A stretch of DNA of 64,000 nt from Octopus sinensis. Its lineage: Eukaryota. Both the position numbers and the translations under genes were made by a program. The stretch lies in the NCBI RefSeq assembly GCF_006345805.1, contig NC_042997.1, positions 166,408,001 through 166,472,000 of the forward strand. Direction: 5' to 3'. Below, piece by piece: positions 25,396-38,890 of the stretch. The notes beneath the pieces are model-generated. The model was not told the origin of the DNA. It ran no database searches and was given only the letters and a program-made list of their open reading frames with translations. The first letter of the stretch is position 1; the number at the start of each line of letters is the position of its first letter.

Positions 25396-26179
25396 CAGCA
25401 TATTTTTTTTGTACTCTTACAATAAAAATATTAATTTTATTAGTCATGAAGTCAGTTTTTTCATATGGTTAGAGATGATGAATGACCAAGAATATAACAG
25501 ATACTTATTTAATCAAATCCTATGAAGCATAAAATAAAGTCAAGCAGGAAGGTTTGGACAGACAGATAAAATTATTATAATAGTTCTTAGCCACTTCCAG
25601 TTCTGACCACACCTAGGGAAACTATCACGAATGATGGAAGGATGATAAGTGGTAAAATGCCAACTGATTATCACTAACGCAGCATTTTACTAACGATGGT
25701 TACGAGAGAATGGTATATGTTCTTACTTGATTCTGTATTATATAAAGCTACTTTTCTAAGCAAGTATACTAATACATCTAGCTGTAGGTTTGTATCTCAG
25801 GTAATCAAGAGTCTTGTACCTTATTCATCCATATATGACACTTCTGCCAGTATTTAAACTCTTTAAGTATGAAGCCCTTTCAGTAAGGTGTAAGATTATA
25901 CATGAAAACCACAACCTTCAATATTCATTAGTTATTATTTTATCTATGTTAATACATATGGTTGAGTGTCTAACTTAGAAATATAAGAGTGGACAGGATT
26001 CATTTCAAACCTTGATACCAGTTTTGTGCTGTATCTTCAGTAAAAACATCTCAATAGTTGTAAACAGACACCAAAAAAGGCATCATTGAAAAGATAGGTC
26101 TTGTTACAGTGAATCCAGTTTTTTCCCCCCAAGAAGTGTAAAAGAAAAGTGCATCTATCTAGGATGAAATGTTTCAACA

Positions 26180-26572
26180 ATTATTAACCATCTTACAAAC
26201 AATAGCTCTGAGCACCTTTTCAAACTCTACCTGTCTAACACCCGTGGACATGTTTACAAAGTCAGAAAACAGCACAGCTCCCATGACTTTTGGAAAAAAT
26301 TTTTTCACGCTAAGAGTTGCTTAAGTATGGAGCAAACTGCCGGCATCAGTTGTTAGTTGTCAGAACACTGCATCCTTTAAAACTTCCATGCTTCCTGAGA
26401 TTCGCCAACACTACACCTGATTTTCTCCCCTCCATACACATGCAAGCATGTATCTGACTCATACACTGTTCACTTTCCAGACATTTGTACATTACTGCAT
26501 ATGCTTTATACGCATTTTTGACAAGTTGTGGTGCACCTGAGCACTGTATACAATAATTTCATTATTATTATT
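26180..26572 (+). mobile_element. CR1/L2-type LINE 3' fragment, long-3'UTR variant
   Basis: Homologous to the last ~80 codons of the 22703 RT (SNTRGHVYKVRKQHSSHDF), then about 150 nt of UTR ending gtggtgcacctgagcactgta and (ATT)n. Confidence 0.9.
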
Positions 26573-27149
26573 GTGATAGCTGGGATATTTAATTCATATA
26601 TCATGAAAGAAACCTTTTAAAGTATAGAGAACAAACAGATCTGTAGATTTGGATTAGATTCAATTTATAGTCTCCTTTACCCCTTTCATTACCATATTTT
26701 TGTTAAAACATGCTCTCTGTTTCAATCAATTTGGAAACAATGAAGAATTTAGAAAAACAACTATCATTTTAAAGCTTGTGTTTGGAACATAAATAGACCA
26801 CTTTAAAAGAGGAGATTTTTATGATAGAACTAAAGGCAGTCTCAGGTGTCTTGATATCAAAAGGATTAACAGACCAAAGCTCATATAAGCACCCAATGAT
26901 ATTCTTAACATTCCTTCCTATTTTATCTGTTCATTAGATCATAAAAAAAAAGAATGAACTAAAAGACTGTTAATCTTGCACCCATGTAAAATATCAATAT
27001 ACTATATCAACAAAGTGAGGTACTATGAAAATATATTTTAATAATAAACCTATTTTCAATAATTTGTTGTGGTATTTAAAAAATACTTATGTTTTTTTTT
27101 TCTGTCAGTTATACTACTTTTATAAAAAAAGATCTTTTTTCCAATATGT

Positions 27150-27452
27150 TTATACTCCAATTGTAAAATCAGTTTCAGCTTTTTCTTTTAGTTCGTTGAT
27201 TTGTTGCCAAAGACTGGAAGTGCTGCCACAGAAAGAGTCACTTCTTCCAATAGAGCATGTGTCAGCTAAATGGTCATCTGTAGAATCAAAGTCATCAAAG
27301 CTTGCAAAAGAATCAGTCCAACAGAAATTTGATGAACATTCAGAGTTACTTTCTGAATGCCTGTCTTGAAGAGTAAATTTATAGTCCTGTATAGCATCAC
27401 TCAAGCTCCAAAGTTGACATAAAAGGTTCAAATCCAAATGGCGAAGACAAGC
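27150..27452 (-). CDS. FAM89A: FAM89A/LURAP-family protein, coding exon 3 (terminal)
   Basis: Acceptor cttttccag|GCT gives ACLRHLDLNLLCQLWSLSDAIQDYK, matching the recalled human FAM89A [25 protein letters not shown]; stop at 27150. Paralog assignment (A versus B) is not resolvable. Confidence 0.9.
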   Translation of the reverse strand, partial: ACLRHLDLNLLCQLWSLSDAIQDYKFTLQDRHSESNSECSSNFCWTDSFASFDDFDSTDDHLADTCSIGRSDSFCGSTSSLWQQINELKEKAETDFTIGV

Positions 27453-27589
27453 CTGGAAAAGATTAATAAATTGTTTTCTTTAGAATATGACCAGTAATTG
27501 AAATAATTTCTCAAGCAAAAAGTTTTTGACCATTTTCACTGCCTCAGTCCCAAATATAAAGAAAAAGACCAAGTCAGCCATACCAATAA

Positions 27590-27800
27590 TTGTTTCTGAT
27601 TTAGGTACAAGCTTAGTAATTTTGTAGTGAGGGGTTTAGTTGATTATATCAATGCTGGTGCTTCAATGGTACTTTATTTCATCAACTCCAGAGGGATGAA
27701 AGACAAAGTTGATCTCAATGTGATTTGAATTCAGAATATAAAGAGCAAGAATGAATGTCACAAAGCACTTTTCTGATGTTGTAGCAATTTGACCAATCCA
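27590..27800 (-). mobile_element. Decayed SINE family B copy
   Basis: ggtactttatttcatcaactccagagggatgaaagacaaagttgatctc...tttgaattcagaat. Confidence 0.65.
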
Positions 27801-29056
27801 CTGAGAGTTTTTCTAGATGTGACAAAAGTATTAGTGCACAAGGTGAAAGAAGCCAATTGGTAAGACAAACCTGGTCAAATGATATTCATACAAAAACTAT
27901 TACGTATTAGTTCGAGTGATATTCTCATTTTGATTGTTGCTTTCATTACTATATAGTGGAAGCAACAATCTAGGTACGGACATCACTTTGACTAATACAC
28001 AATATATAAGTTCCTCATCTCAGAAATATAGAATTTTAAAAACTTAGCCTGTACAAAACTAAAAATTTTTGGTGATAGCCCAATCAGTTGTATTAGTCCA
28101 GTACTTGACTTTTACTTCATTTATTTGAAGGGCAAAAAGCAAAATAAATAACAGCAAGATTTGAACTCACAAACAAAAGGAAGTAACTAAATACTTTAAG
28201 TGGCTTGAATTTAGGTGAATAAGGGGTGATATGTTGAATGACACAAAAATTCAACTGAAACTTCTTTCTGGTTTTCTTTCTCTAAATATGAGCAAAATTT
28301 CGCTTAACTGACAATATTTTATGCACGTCATTCAGCTTAAATTTAAGCCACTGATAATACGAGTTATTTCCCTTAGCATATTTTTAATTATGTAAATTAC
28401 TACTGGCTTAAATTCTTTGAAATTCTTAAATTTCTTGAAATTATCTCCACTTTTCTTTGAGAGTCACTAACAGTTACTCCTAGCTTTTCAATTTTTTTTT
28501 TGAGAAATTAACTCAGATTTTATGCATGCATTAGTGAGTACATCACATATTAGCTTATGTTACTAAATACCTAAAGAAATTTTGTTCCCACTCTCCCTAT
28601 ATTACAAGAAATTTCTGAAAGAGAAGAGAGAGAGAGAGAGAGAGAGTCTAATCTAAGTAGCCCAACAGAGGGAACAAATATTGAAGATGACAAATATATT
28701 GTCAAAAGTGCAATCAAGAATATGAAGGCAGAGAAATGAGTAAATGCTGAAAACATCCAGAGAAGTAGAATATATATTAATCCCTCTCATAGTCAATATA
28801 GTGTTATGAAAGGTGGTTCTCTTATTGAACTCATCAATATCTTTTCTTTGAATGTATGTCTGCTGTTTGCCCTTGTTTCAAGTATTGTTGCCATATCTGG
28901 GCTAGTATCTCTACTGATGTTCTACTGAACTTTCTCCTCTTAAGGTGACTTATCTTTCCACTGTTGTTCTCTTTTCTAAGCGTGAGTTTCTACTCCAATA
29001 GTTCTTTTCCTTTAACAAGTTCTCTAGCTTCTTGTTTCACCAAATATAATTTGAAT

Positions 29057-29088
<32 letters not shown>

Positions 29089-29089
29089 T

Positions 29090-29423
29090 ACTCTTTTCAG
29101 TCATTTAACTGCGGCCATGCTGGAGCACTGCCTTTAGTCAAGCAAATCGACCCCAGGGCTTATTTTTTGGAAGCCTAGTACTTATTCTATCGATCTCTTT
29201 TGCCAAACTGCTAAGTTACGGGGACAAACACAGACACACATACATATATATATATATACGACGAGCTTCATTCAGTTTCCATCTACCAAATCCACTTACA
29301 AGGCTTTGGTTGGCCCGAGGCTATAGTAGAAGACACTTGCCCAAGGTGCTACACAGTGGGAATGAACTCGGAACCATGTGGTTGGTAGGCAAGTTACTTA
29401 TCACACAGCCACTCCTGTGCCTA
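29090..29423 (-). mobile_element. tRNA-derived SINE family A
   Basis: Reverse complement of ggagtggctgtgtg.taagt...gtgtcttctactatagcctcgggcc...(TA)n...gctccagcatggccgcag. Confidence 0.88.
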
Positions 29424-31702
29424 TGTAATATGTTGATTATTATTGCTGTGAGGGAAAATAAGATACCCTATAGAGAAATTAACTTCAGATCTATGCAACT
29501 GATGCACCAAGTTATGAAAGCAATAGAAAGAGTTACAGCTAAAAATAATCTATCAATGATGGTAATGTGGTTGAAACTCAATGGGATATCAAGTCTAATC
29601 ATCTTACTGTCCTAATAATTTTCATAGTAATAGTTATGACATTCCTGATAAGAAAGGAAGCTTTGAAGTAATAATGGAAAAAAATAAGAGTATCTAAGAT
29701 ATTTACAAAGAAAGAAATTTTAATAATTTCTTCAAGAATATAACCATTATATTTTGTTTCCGGTTGATAGCTAACTTTGCTCAGACCTCATCTCATCTTT
29801 AGTTGGGGCATTTTCGGACAGACAGGCATTGAGACTTCAAGCATTATGGAGACGGTATGGTGTCCATGGTATTTTGGTAACTTTGAGTAAATCAAATGCA
29901 ATCATCGCTATTTCTATGTCCACTTTCCATACTAGTATAGGTTGGATGGTTATACAGGATCTAACAAGCTAGGGGACCACTTCTTGCTCTGCTGTCTCAC
30001 TTTTGGTATTGTATCTACAGCTGGATGCCTTTTTTAACAACAACAATCACTTTATAGACTGTATTGGGTTCTTTCTTTCATGGCAGCAGCACCAGTGAAG
30101 TTGCTTCATAAATCACAAGACTAAAGACATCCCACTCTTGTCTGAGAGGGAGGACAGAAGATAGAGTGGTTGCTTTATGCAGTGTGATGAGAGATATGAT
30201 AGGAGGAGGAGAGACAGATTTGTTGTGGAGGAGAATCAATGGTCACTCTGCAAGAGTGAGGATGGGAAGGCTGGAGTGGTGTCACAAAGAGAAATGTAGT
30301 AGTGATGAGGCACCAGAACAAACATCCAAGGTAACAAGTTCAAGAAGATGAATAGAAGAGAGCATAGAAACAAAAGAAGCAACAGGGATGGTTAAGGTTA
30401 CAAGAGAGCAAAACAAGGGTGAGAGATGGATATAAGCATGAGGTGTAGGTAGTCAGATGTATATAAGAAGTAAGTGTAGTAAATAGTGAACAAGGGTAGG
30501 GGTGACCATGTGTAAATGTTGGGGTGGAGATGACAACTGGAAGTAAATCAGGGTAGAAAGAGTGGTAACTAGTAGCACAGAACAGGTGATATGAAACATC
30601 CTGTTAGAACAGGTTCTAACTTTATTTCTTACAACGCCCACAGACAATTTATAAAAGTATTTAAATCTCTAGCTCAAGCAAGCCTCTACCCTATCAGAAA
30701 TGTTACAAGACACATCCATTACTTGAACTATATTGAGCAGATTATTTCACATACCTGTCCATAAAGTGTGCAACAGTGTTATTTAGTCCCAGGTCAGTCC
30801 CTGATTCTGCAGACCTGTGATTAAAGTCATTCCATTTAGGATCAGCCCATATTTTTGTATATCAGTGTCTAATGTTTTTTTTTTTAAATTTAGATGTGAT
30901 TTGACTGTTATTTTTAACAGGTTGAGCAAAACAGGTCAAATAAGTGAGAAAGAAAAATTTATGCGCATGCATGCAGTTACATTAGAAAGGCTTCCTTGAC
31001 ACACTTTTATTTTCCCCTCCATAATAAATATGAATTACATGCTAAAATAAAAAGAAGATACGGTCATTAACAAATATAGACACTGTCATGTCTCATAAGT
31101 TTGACTTTATTGTTATTAAATAATTGAGTGAGCTTCTACTAAATAAAATGGTGATCCCTTTCTTGTCGCTTTATGGAAAATTTCCTATGTTAAATACTTT
31201 TAGATTTGATCTTAGCTCGTAATTCCTTTCTCAGCCATCATCATCATCCTTTAACATGCTGGCATAGGTCAGATGGTTTGACAGCATATGACAAACATAA
31301 GGACAGGCTGTTAGATAAAGTTGACAGGAGCTGGGTAGCAATAAAAGTAATTTGGGAGAGAGTGTGTTGTGGGTGAAGAAATGGGAGTTCTGAATGTTGA
31401 CTTGGAGAGCAGTATACATGCACGTGTTACAGTTTCTTAACCACTACTCGTATGTTAGGGTGCATTTTTCTATGGGTGAACTGGTCCTCTGTAGACTACA
31501 TACTGCTAATCATTCCTGCCTCATAATTCAAATTAAAAATATTTTCCAGTAACAAAGATTACAGCAACTCAAGTCATCTGTCCTACATAATATTTCAAAC
31601 AAACAGTTGAAGGTTATTATTTCATTGACTGATGAAGTGAATATGAGATAAAAAGGATCCCACAGTTAACACCCAAGATGTCAGTTCTAAAGATTATGTG
31701 AT

Positions 31703-31733
<31 letters not shown>

Positions 31734-31734
31734 G

Positions 31735-31900
31735 GTGGCACGTAAAAAGCATCCACTACACTCGCAGGCGTTAGGAAGGGCATCCAGCTGTAGAAACTCT
31801 GCCAGATCAGACTGGAGCCTGGTGCAGACCCCGGTCGAACCGCCCAACCCGTGCTAGCGCGGAAAACGGACGTTAAACGATGATGATGATGATGATGATA
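31735..31900 (+). mobile_element. RTE 3'-end (family C) inserted in a (TA)n tract
   Basis: ggtggcacgtaaaaagca...ggaaaacggacgttaaac followed by (GAT)n. Confidence 0.88.
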
Positions 31901-31909
31901 GATATATAT

Positions 31910-32107
31910 ATAAAGTTAGTCCAAACATGAAAACACAACAACGTGAGGACATGGAACAAATATAGTATTATTGGACGCTCAGGAAGGAAGGGGAGAAGGA
32001 GGGTATAACGTTTTGAGCGGAGCTCTTTGTCAGAAACATAGGAAAAGGAAAGATCCAGAGAAGGGAAGACGGAGGAAAGCCAACACTACACACGTGGTCA
32101 CATTTTG
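31910..32107 (-). mobile_element. Penelope-like terminal repeat with a decayed hammerhead-ribozyme-like core, embedded in (TA)n
   Basis: The - strand reads tatgtttCTGACAAaGAGCtccGCTCAAAACG...gagCGTC^caata, i.e. CUGANGA/stem II/GAAA/GUC with two G>A changes. Confidence 0.55.
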
Positions 32108-32223
32108 TATATATATATATATATATATGTGTGTGTATATATATATAGATGTGTATATATACATATAGATGTGTATGTAAATATAGATGTGTATGTATAT
32201 ATAGATGTGTATGTATATATAGA

Positions 32224-32264
<41 letters not shown>

Positions 32265-32280
32265 TATATAAGGTATGTAT
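32105..32280. repeat. (TA)n with an 18-bp minisatellite (atatagatgtgtatgtat)
   Basis: Four to five imperfect copies are visible. Confidence 0.85.
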
Positions 32281-32407
32281 TGGTGAACTGCTACAGAAAG
32301 AAAATTATGTGAGGAACTTTAATCTTAAATACATAATATTTGCTAGGGAGGGTGTCTATAGAAAAGGTCTATCCCATAGCATTTGTAAGTCCCCCAAAAT
32401 ATTTTAA

Positions 32408-32628
32408 CCCTTTAGCATTTAGATTACTCTGTCAAATGTAATGGTTATTTATTCAAATTCTTTTGAATTAATCATGCATTATCTTGTAGCTTCAAGATTT
32501 TAATGCAATTGCTTACTTTTACAATGACATTGTGTAATAAGAGATGGTGGTGGGGGCAGATCTGGCTAGTTTGAACAAAAACAGGTAAGATATTTTAGCT
32601 GAAAATGGCTGATTTAAATGCTAAATGG
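32408..32628. mobile_element. piggyBac-type MITE
   Basis: TTAA at 32404-32407 and 32629-32632; TIRs ccctttagcattta / taaatgctaaatgg. Confidence 0.85.
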
Positions 32629-33411
32629 TTAAGGTTATGACTGTAAATTTTACTAATTTCATATCTAGACATATATTGTCAGAAATTAACCCAACATGTT
32701 ATCAACAGGTAGCAAAATGATATGGCAAGAAGCTAATTTGATTTTTCTATACACAACTATTTACAATTGAAAATGCAACAATTTTAATTACCGTAGCTGA
32801 AATAAGACATACATACACTTCCCACACAATACTGAGTAGCTTTTGAGTGTGTAAGGCAGAGAGAGAGAGAGAGGAGAAGGTAAGGGGTATATATGTGCTT
32901 ATATAAATTAATTGAAAAAGAAATTGAACGAAAAGATGTTTTGTTGATAAATATTAGATAAAGATTGTTTAAAGAAAATCTAACCAACAGCAGAGAAAGT
33001 TATGGTACTTAAAATGGCTATAGCTTAAATTTCACAAATAACAGATGTTGTTCCCATAGCATTTCTGCTGTTGGGGCACCTGAATTTCTTTTACCAATTT
33101 TGTCCGTTCTTCTCACCAATTAAACATTGGTGTAGTTTCTAATCACTGGATTTGGTAAACCTGATGGTACCTATCTCTCCAGCACATGGGTGCCATTGGT
33201 TTTCAAGGAGTTCAACTACTTTTGGCAGGATCTGCTTTCCAAGCTTATAAAAAAGCAGTTTAGTGACCAACCACTCAATCATGAGCAGTTAGTACTGAAT
33301 TACATGGACCAGTGGCTGTTTCCATCAGCCTATTGACAGAAGTGATTCTGATCTGATAAGAATATAGACCTTAATACATAAAGATGTTTGACAACAATAT
33401 TAAAGTATGAT

Positions 33412-33622
33412 AGGGTGCTGAAAGTTCCTGACTTTGGGTAAAAGAAAATACAGGAGGATCAGTTAATTATGATTTTATTCAACATATTCCCCTCTCAGAT
33501 TCACATACTTATTGCAGCAGTCCTTCAGGTTTTCTAAGCCCTATAAAAGTATTCAGAAGGTTGGGCTTCCAAGAAGGCCTTTTGTGATACCCTTAAAGCC
33601 AGAAACTTTTCAGTACTCTCGC
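33412..33622. mobile_element. Mariner/Tc1-type MITE
   Basis: Imperfect TIRs agggtgctgaaagttcctgacttt / aaagccagaaacttttcagtactct. Confidence 0.6.
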
Positions 33623-34521
33623 ATAAATAATATTCAGTTGGAAATATAAAAATTTGAAATTATAAAGCAAATATTATTTACAGGGTAATTAAAAATGAGC
33701 CTTAATATAGTTACCAAATGTCAATAGTGTAAACAAGTTACCATTTCATATGCCATACAACAAAACAATCACATTATTTTAAAAAGAACAATGATTCTGA
33801 ACAAGTTATAAAATACATGCACAGACAAAATAATTCCAATTCATTCTGTAAATTGGTTGGCATTAGAAAGGGTATCTACTAAAGAAACCATGCCACAGTT
33901 ATCTATCTTGCCAGATCCTGCTGAGTTAGCCAACCCATGCCAACTTGAAATGTAGACGTAAAATTATAAATAGTAAGAAAAACTAAAATGGATAGCAAAT
34001 AGCAAATCAAAGGTTAAGATGTTTTATCATTGTGGTTGTTTCAATTAATTTTGAAAATAATGAAGGATTTAGTAAAATAATTGTCATTATTAAGCAGTTG
34101 TTGGGAAGCTTTTAATTTAGATTGTCGTAGGCATTGTCGTTTAACGTCCGTTTTCCGTGCTAGCACAAAAAGCTTGTATCATCGAATTAAGGGCTGTTTA
34201 AGCCAAGTTATTATCAGAAGGGTGAATTGATTTCAGGGATGTGTTTGTCAAGTGAGTTGAAGCTGAAGCAATTTTGTGACTTCTTCAACAACTAAACACA
34301 AAGGAAAGAGATGGAGTGGTCAATTGATGATATAAATCCTGAATTCATATTTAAATGGACAAAATTAAATACAATAAACTAATTACTCCAAATCTATTAC
34401 TCTTACATCTTGTCATCCCATTTTCCTAAATTAACATTTGAAGAGAACTAAATAAATTCTCAATAAACAATACCAAATTGAATTTGGCACAATATAATTT
34501 CTGATAAAAATTTTAACTTAC

Positions 34522-34738
34522 CATTTCTGAACGCAAGCGTACCAAAGCTAGATTCAATTTACAAAGTGAGGAATTCCTCCACTGTTTTTGATCCATATCA
34601 TTGTCTTCTGGTGAAACATCAAAGTGTGAAAGTATTTTTTCTTTACATAAGTTTTCAAGCTTCTCTCTGGGAATTCTTTCACTTTCTTGCTGGTAACTAG
34701 TTACATTGTTATTATTCATGGCATCTGTATCTACAAGT
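34522..34738 (-). CDS. FAM89A: FAM89A/LURAP-family protein, coding exon 2
   Basis: Acceptor ttgtatttctag and donor ATG|gtaagt; encodes (R)LVDTDAMNNNN...CKLNLALVRLRSEM, matching FAM89A NLDAALALLRKEM; phases fit exons 1 and 3. Confidence 0.9.
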
Positions 34739-35069
34739 CTAGAAATACAAAACAATACAAACCAATGTTCACAAAGGCGCAAAAAGTTAAGCTAAAAGTC
34801 TTTATTCACAAAAATATTTTACATGATTGTTAGATTCCACAATGTTTTACCTATTTTCATGTCTCATCTCCTCTATATCCAATGCCAAACTACCATATGC
34901 AATAGTTTGTTGGTACCATTAAGGTAGAAGTTCTATTTCAAGGGATCAAAACTGTCAGAATCCTTAGTGGGATAATTAATAAAGGTTCAATTTTCATTTG
35001 TTTTATCTTCTACATCTTTTTATTATTTTTGTCAATTCCGGGTTTCGGCATCCGGAGGCTGCCACGAAA

Positions 35070-35424
35070 CATTTAACTCCACCTGTCTAACACCTGTGGA
35101 CATGTTTACAAAGTAAAAAAACAGCACAGCTCTCATGACATTCGGAAACATTTTTTAACGCTTAGAGTTACTGAAGTATGGAACAAACTGCCGGCATCAG
35201 TTGTTAGTTGTCCGAGCACTGCATCCTTCAAAACTTCCATGCTTCCTGAGATTTGCCAACACTACACCTGATTTTCTCCCCTCTGTACACACGCAAGCAT
35301 GTATCTGACTCGTACACTGTTCACTTCCCAGACATTTGTGCACTACTGCATATGCTTTATACACACTTTTGACAAGTTGTGGTGCACCTGAGCACTGTAT
35401 ACAATAATTTCATTATTATTATTA
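35070..35424 (+). mobile_element. CR1/L2-type LINE 3' fragment, long-3'UTR variant
   Basis: Highly similar to 26220-26572; (ATT)n tail. Confidence 0.9.
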
Positions 35425-36771
35425 TGATTGCTAATATACAGAGCCAAGTTTTCTTACCCCCACTCTCTCTGTGCTTGTTTGTTTGTTTCATAAATGCTTT
35501 GCAAGGATTTAAACCGGGGATGCGTTAAATATTGCTTAAAAGGCACTATATTTCCATCATCAACATTTACAGGTCCATTTATCCATGGAGTGGGAGTATC
35601 AGTTGTACAATATAATACAACTCATTATTTCTGTATGAGGCTTAAGACCTCACCTTAGTATTCCTTCTCTTCAAGCAGATACCCTTTACTGACATTTTCC
35701 ATTTATGTGTCTATACAAGAACATTCATCTCTTCAGAAGATATTAACCTATGCTTTTAATGTCTAGTTCCTAACTTAATGTACCTACCTTCCTGATGCAA
35801 GTTAATTTTACATATATAATTTCACCTGTTTCATATCTGACCAGCTTCTACACGTCTTCAATTATATAGCATCAAACTTTTAACACCTACCTTATAGTCT
35901 AGCTTTTCTTATCATTAGTAGTTCACTGAACTTCTACTGTTTTAGCTTTTTCCAACACAAATTAGATCCCCTAGAGAGCAGCAACTATCAACTCTAACAA
36001 GTGAGCTAAGTACTCCTGTACAAGAAGTTATAATTCTTTCAGTTTGCCAGAGATTCACTGAATCTGTTGTATAATCATAACCATATAAATTAACTACCTA
36101 CTCACTTTCTATATATCAATTAAGGTCACTTGTTAGAAGATGCTGAGATTTGTGCTATGACTAACAAACTATTTGTCAATTAATTATTTAATCCTTTGGA
36201 ATCAACCAAAATGCTGATTTTAAGGAATTAATCAGTTTGTTTAATCCTTTGTTAGTCAGGTTAGTCATCTTTAGACACCACCAACAAATTCTGCAATAGA
36301 ACCCAGGTCATCAGCATCTGAAAGTTCCTAAGGACAGAAGTCTGGCAAACATCTACCTGAATATTAAATCCCATATTGAATTCACTTACAGTCCTATTTT
36401 GAAAACAATATGGTTTTTATCCCTTAGTGACCTCCAAACTAGAATGTGTCAGCTTGCTCATGTGAATAATTTTTTAGCTAAGAACTTCTCTGACAAAAAC
36501 CTTATTGATTGAATGATTGAGAGAGAGAGAAGCTGAACTGAAAAGTAACTAGTGGTGGCCCATGCCAAAAGGCCAAACAGCAACAAAAATCAGAAGTTGC
36601 TTTCAAATTGTGTCAGTGACCAGGTTGCAAAAGAACAGCAAAAATTTCAACATCACAGGATGTGAGTAAAAGAATATTTTCTTATATTGGTATACAGTCA
36701 TAAAATTTGTATGAGAAGGCCATTAATTGAATCAACCCCAGGACAAGCCTACTACTTTATTGATTTTCAAT

Positions 36772-37071
36772 AAAGAGTAAAGTGTAAAGACCCCTTTCGG
36801 TCATGAATGACCATGAGATTGCACCTAGAAAGTTCCCCATGCATACCAGCCTCCTCTCTACATGCCACTGATGTTATCCAAGGAAAAGGCAAAGGCCACT
36901 GCAGCTTGGCACCAGTGATGTCGCAAATCATTTCTACAGCTGAGTGAACTGGAGCAATGTGAAATAAAGTGTCTTGCTCAAGAACACAACACACAGCTTG
37001 GTCTGGGAATCAAACTCATTACCTCATGAGTGTGAGCCTGATGCTCTAATCACTGAGCCATGTGCCTTCAT
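36772..37071 (-). mobile_element. tRNA-derived SINE family D (CORE-like)
   Basis: - strand head aaggcacatggctcagtgattagagc...gagtttgattccc, then ttcttgagcaagacactttatttcac. Confidence 0.85.
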
Positions 37072-37492
37072 TAATCTTCAATAACATTGACAAAAACATG
37101 ATGAAATTGAACTGAGAGAGAAACTACCCAAGACCTTAACTGAACCTCATAAACCTCCTTTAAAAATATACCAATCAAATCCTACATAGTTATGAAGAGT
37201 AGAAAAAACAGGAGCTATAACAGATTTAGCTAGCTTAAAGAATATTGATAACAAAGTAAACAAATGCTATTGAGGTTGTAATATATGAGAACATAAAGGT
37301 TTTAAGGCAACTGACTATGTAAGTGTAGGATAGAAGAGAAGCAAGTTAAACTAAAATTTCAAATATTTATGTTAGCTACAGATTGTAAAGTTGATAGCTA
37401 AAGGCTTGCAAATACAGTAATGCTTAGAGATGAATTGAGCTACTAAGTATTAGAAAATTTTTTTTTCTTTCTTAATATATTTTTCTTTCTTC

Positions 37493-38281
37493 ATAGGCGC
37501 AGGAGTGGCTGTGTGGTAAGTAGCTTGCTAACCAACCACATGGTTCCGGGTTCAGTCCCACTGTGTGGTATCTTGTGCAAGTGTCTTCTGCTATAGCCCC
37601 GGGCTGACCAATGCCTTGTGAGTGGATTTGGTAGACGGAAACTGAAAGAAGCCTGTCATATATATGTGTATATATATGTGTGTTTGTGTATCTGTGTTTG
37701 TCCCCCTAGCATTGCTTGACAACCGATGCTGGTGTGTTTACGTCCCCGTCACTTAGCGGTTCGGCAAAAGAGACCGATAGAATAAGTACTGGGGTTACAA
37801 AGAATAAGTTTGGAGGTCGATTTGCTCGACTAAAGGCGGTGCTCCAGCATGGCCGCAGTCAAATGACTGAAACAAGTAAAAGAGTAAAAGAGTGAATATA
37901 GGCACAGACGTTGCTCTATGGTAAGAAGCCTGCTTCCTTACCACATGGTTCCAGGTTCAGCCCACTGCAGGGCACCTTTGGCAAATGTTTTTCACTATAG
38001 CCTTGGGCTGACCAAAGCCTTGTGAGTAGATTTGGTAAATGGAAACTGAAAGAAGCTCTTCTGTGTGTGTATGTTCTTGTGTCTGTTTGTCCACCCATCA
38101 CCACTTGACAATCAATGTTGGTGTACTTACATCCCCGCAAATTAGCGGTTCAGCAAAAGAGACCAATAGAATAAGTACTAGGCTTTAAGAAATAAGCCCT
38201 GAGGTCGATTTGTCCAACTAAAACCCTTCAAGGTTGTTCTCCAGCATGGCCACAGTCAAATGACTGAAACAAGTAAAAGAA
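37493..38281 (+). mobile_element. Two tandem SINE family A copies (about 37493-37893 and 37898-38281)
   Basis: Each has a tRNA-like head (A and B box-like), an internal TA/TG tract and a gaaacaagtaaaaga tail. Confidence 0.9.
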
Positions 38282-38719
38282 TATGTATATATATATGTGA
38301 AAAAAGAATTCTAAGCAAAGTTCAAAGCAAAGGGTTACAGGAAAGGAAGTAAGGGCATTAATATTACAAAAATTATACCTACATATTTAAGACAGTAAAC
38401 ACAGTAGTAAAATAATGGATAAAAGATTTCAATACAATAAAATAGTAATAAAAAAAACTGCAAGTAATATGACATATGAAATAACAATATGGGTGTTAGT
38501 AAAATCTAATAACATGAGATGGTAATAAAGAACCAATAAAAATATTAAGATAAAAGAAACGGTCAACATTAGACAGAGTACTTGTTGACCCTGAATTCAA
38601 AGAGATCAAGATAATATTTTGTAGAAAAATAATGGGAATATAGTTTATTCCTCAATTTAGCTCTACTTAAATATCCCCCTCTCTCTCTCTCTTTCGGAGA
38701 GGCACTGAGCAGCTATACG

Positions 38720-38890
38720 CACACATACACACACGGCAGTAACTTCTACCTACAGAATTCAATCACAAAGCTTCGGTCAACTCAGGGCTATAGTAGAAGA
38801 CACCTGCCCAAAGTGTCACGCAGAGGGACTGAACCCGAAACCATGTAGCTAAGAAGCAAGCTCCCTAACTACACAGCCATGCCCACGCCT
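38720..38890 (-). mobile_element. SINE family A, 5' half
   Basis: Reverse complement of ggcatggctgtgtagttagggagcttgc...gtgtcttctactatagcc. Confidence 0.8.

Noticed and set aside
37493-37570. tRNA-like A/B boxes at the heads of SINE families A, B and D
   Set aside because: No complete cloverleaf or acceptor stem; each continues into a multi-copy SINE body.
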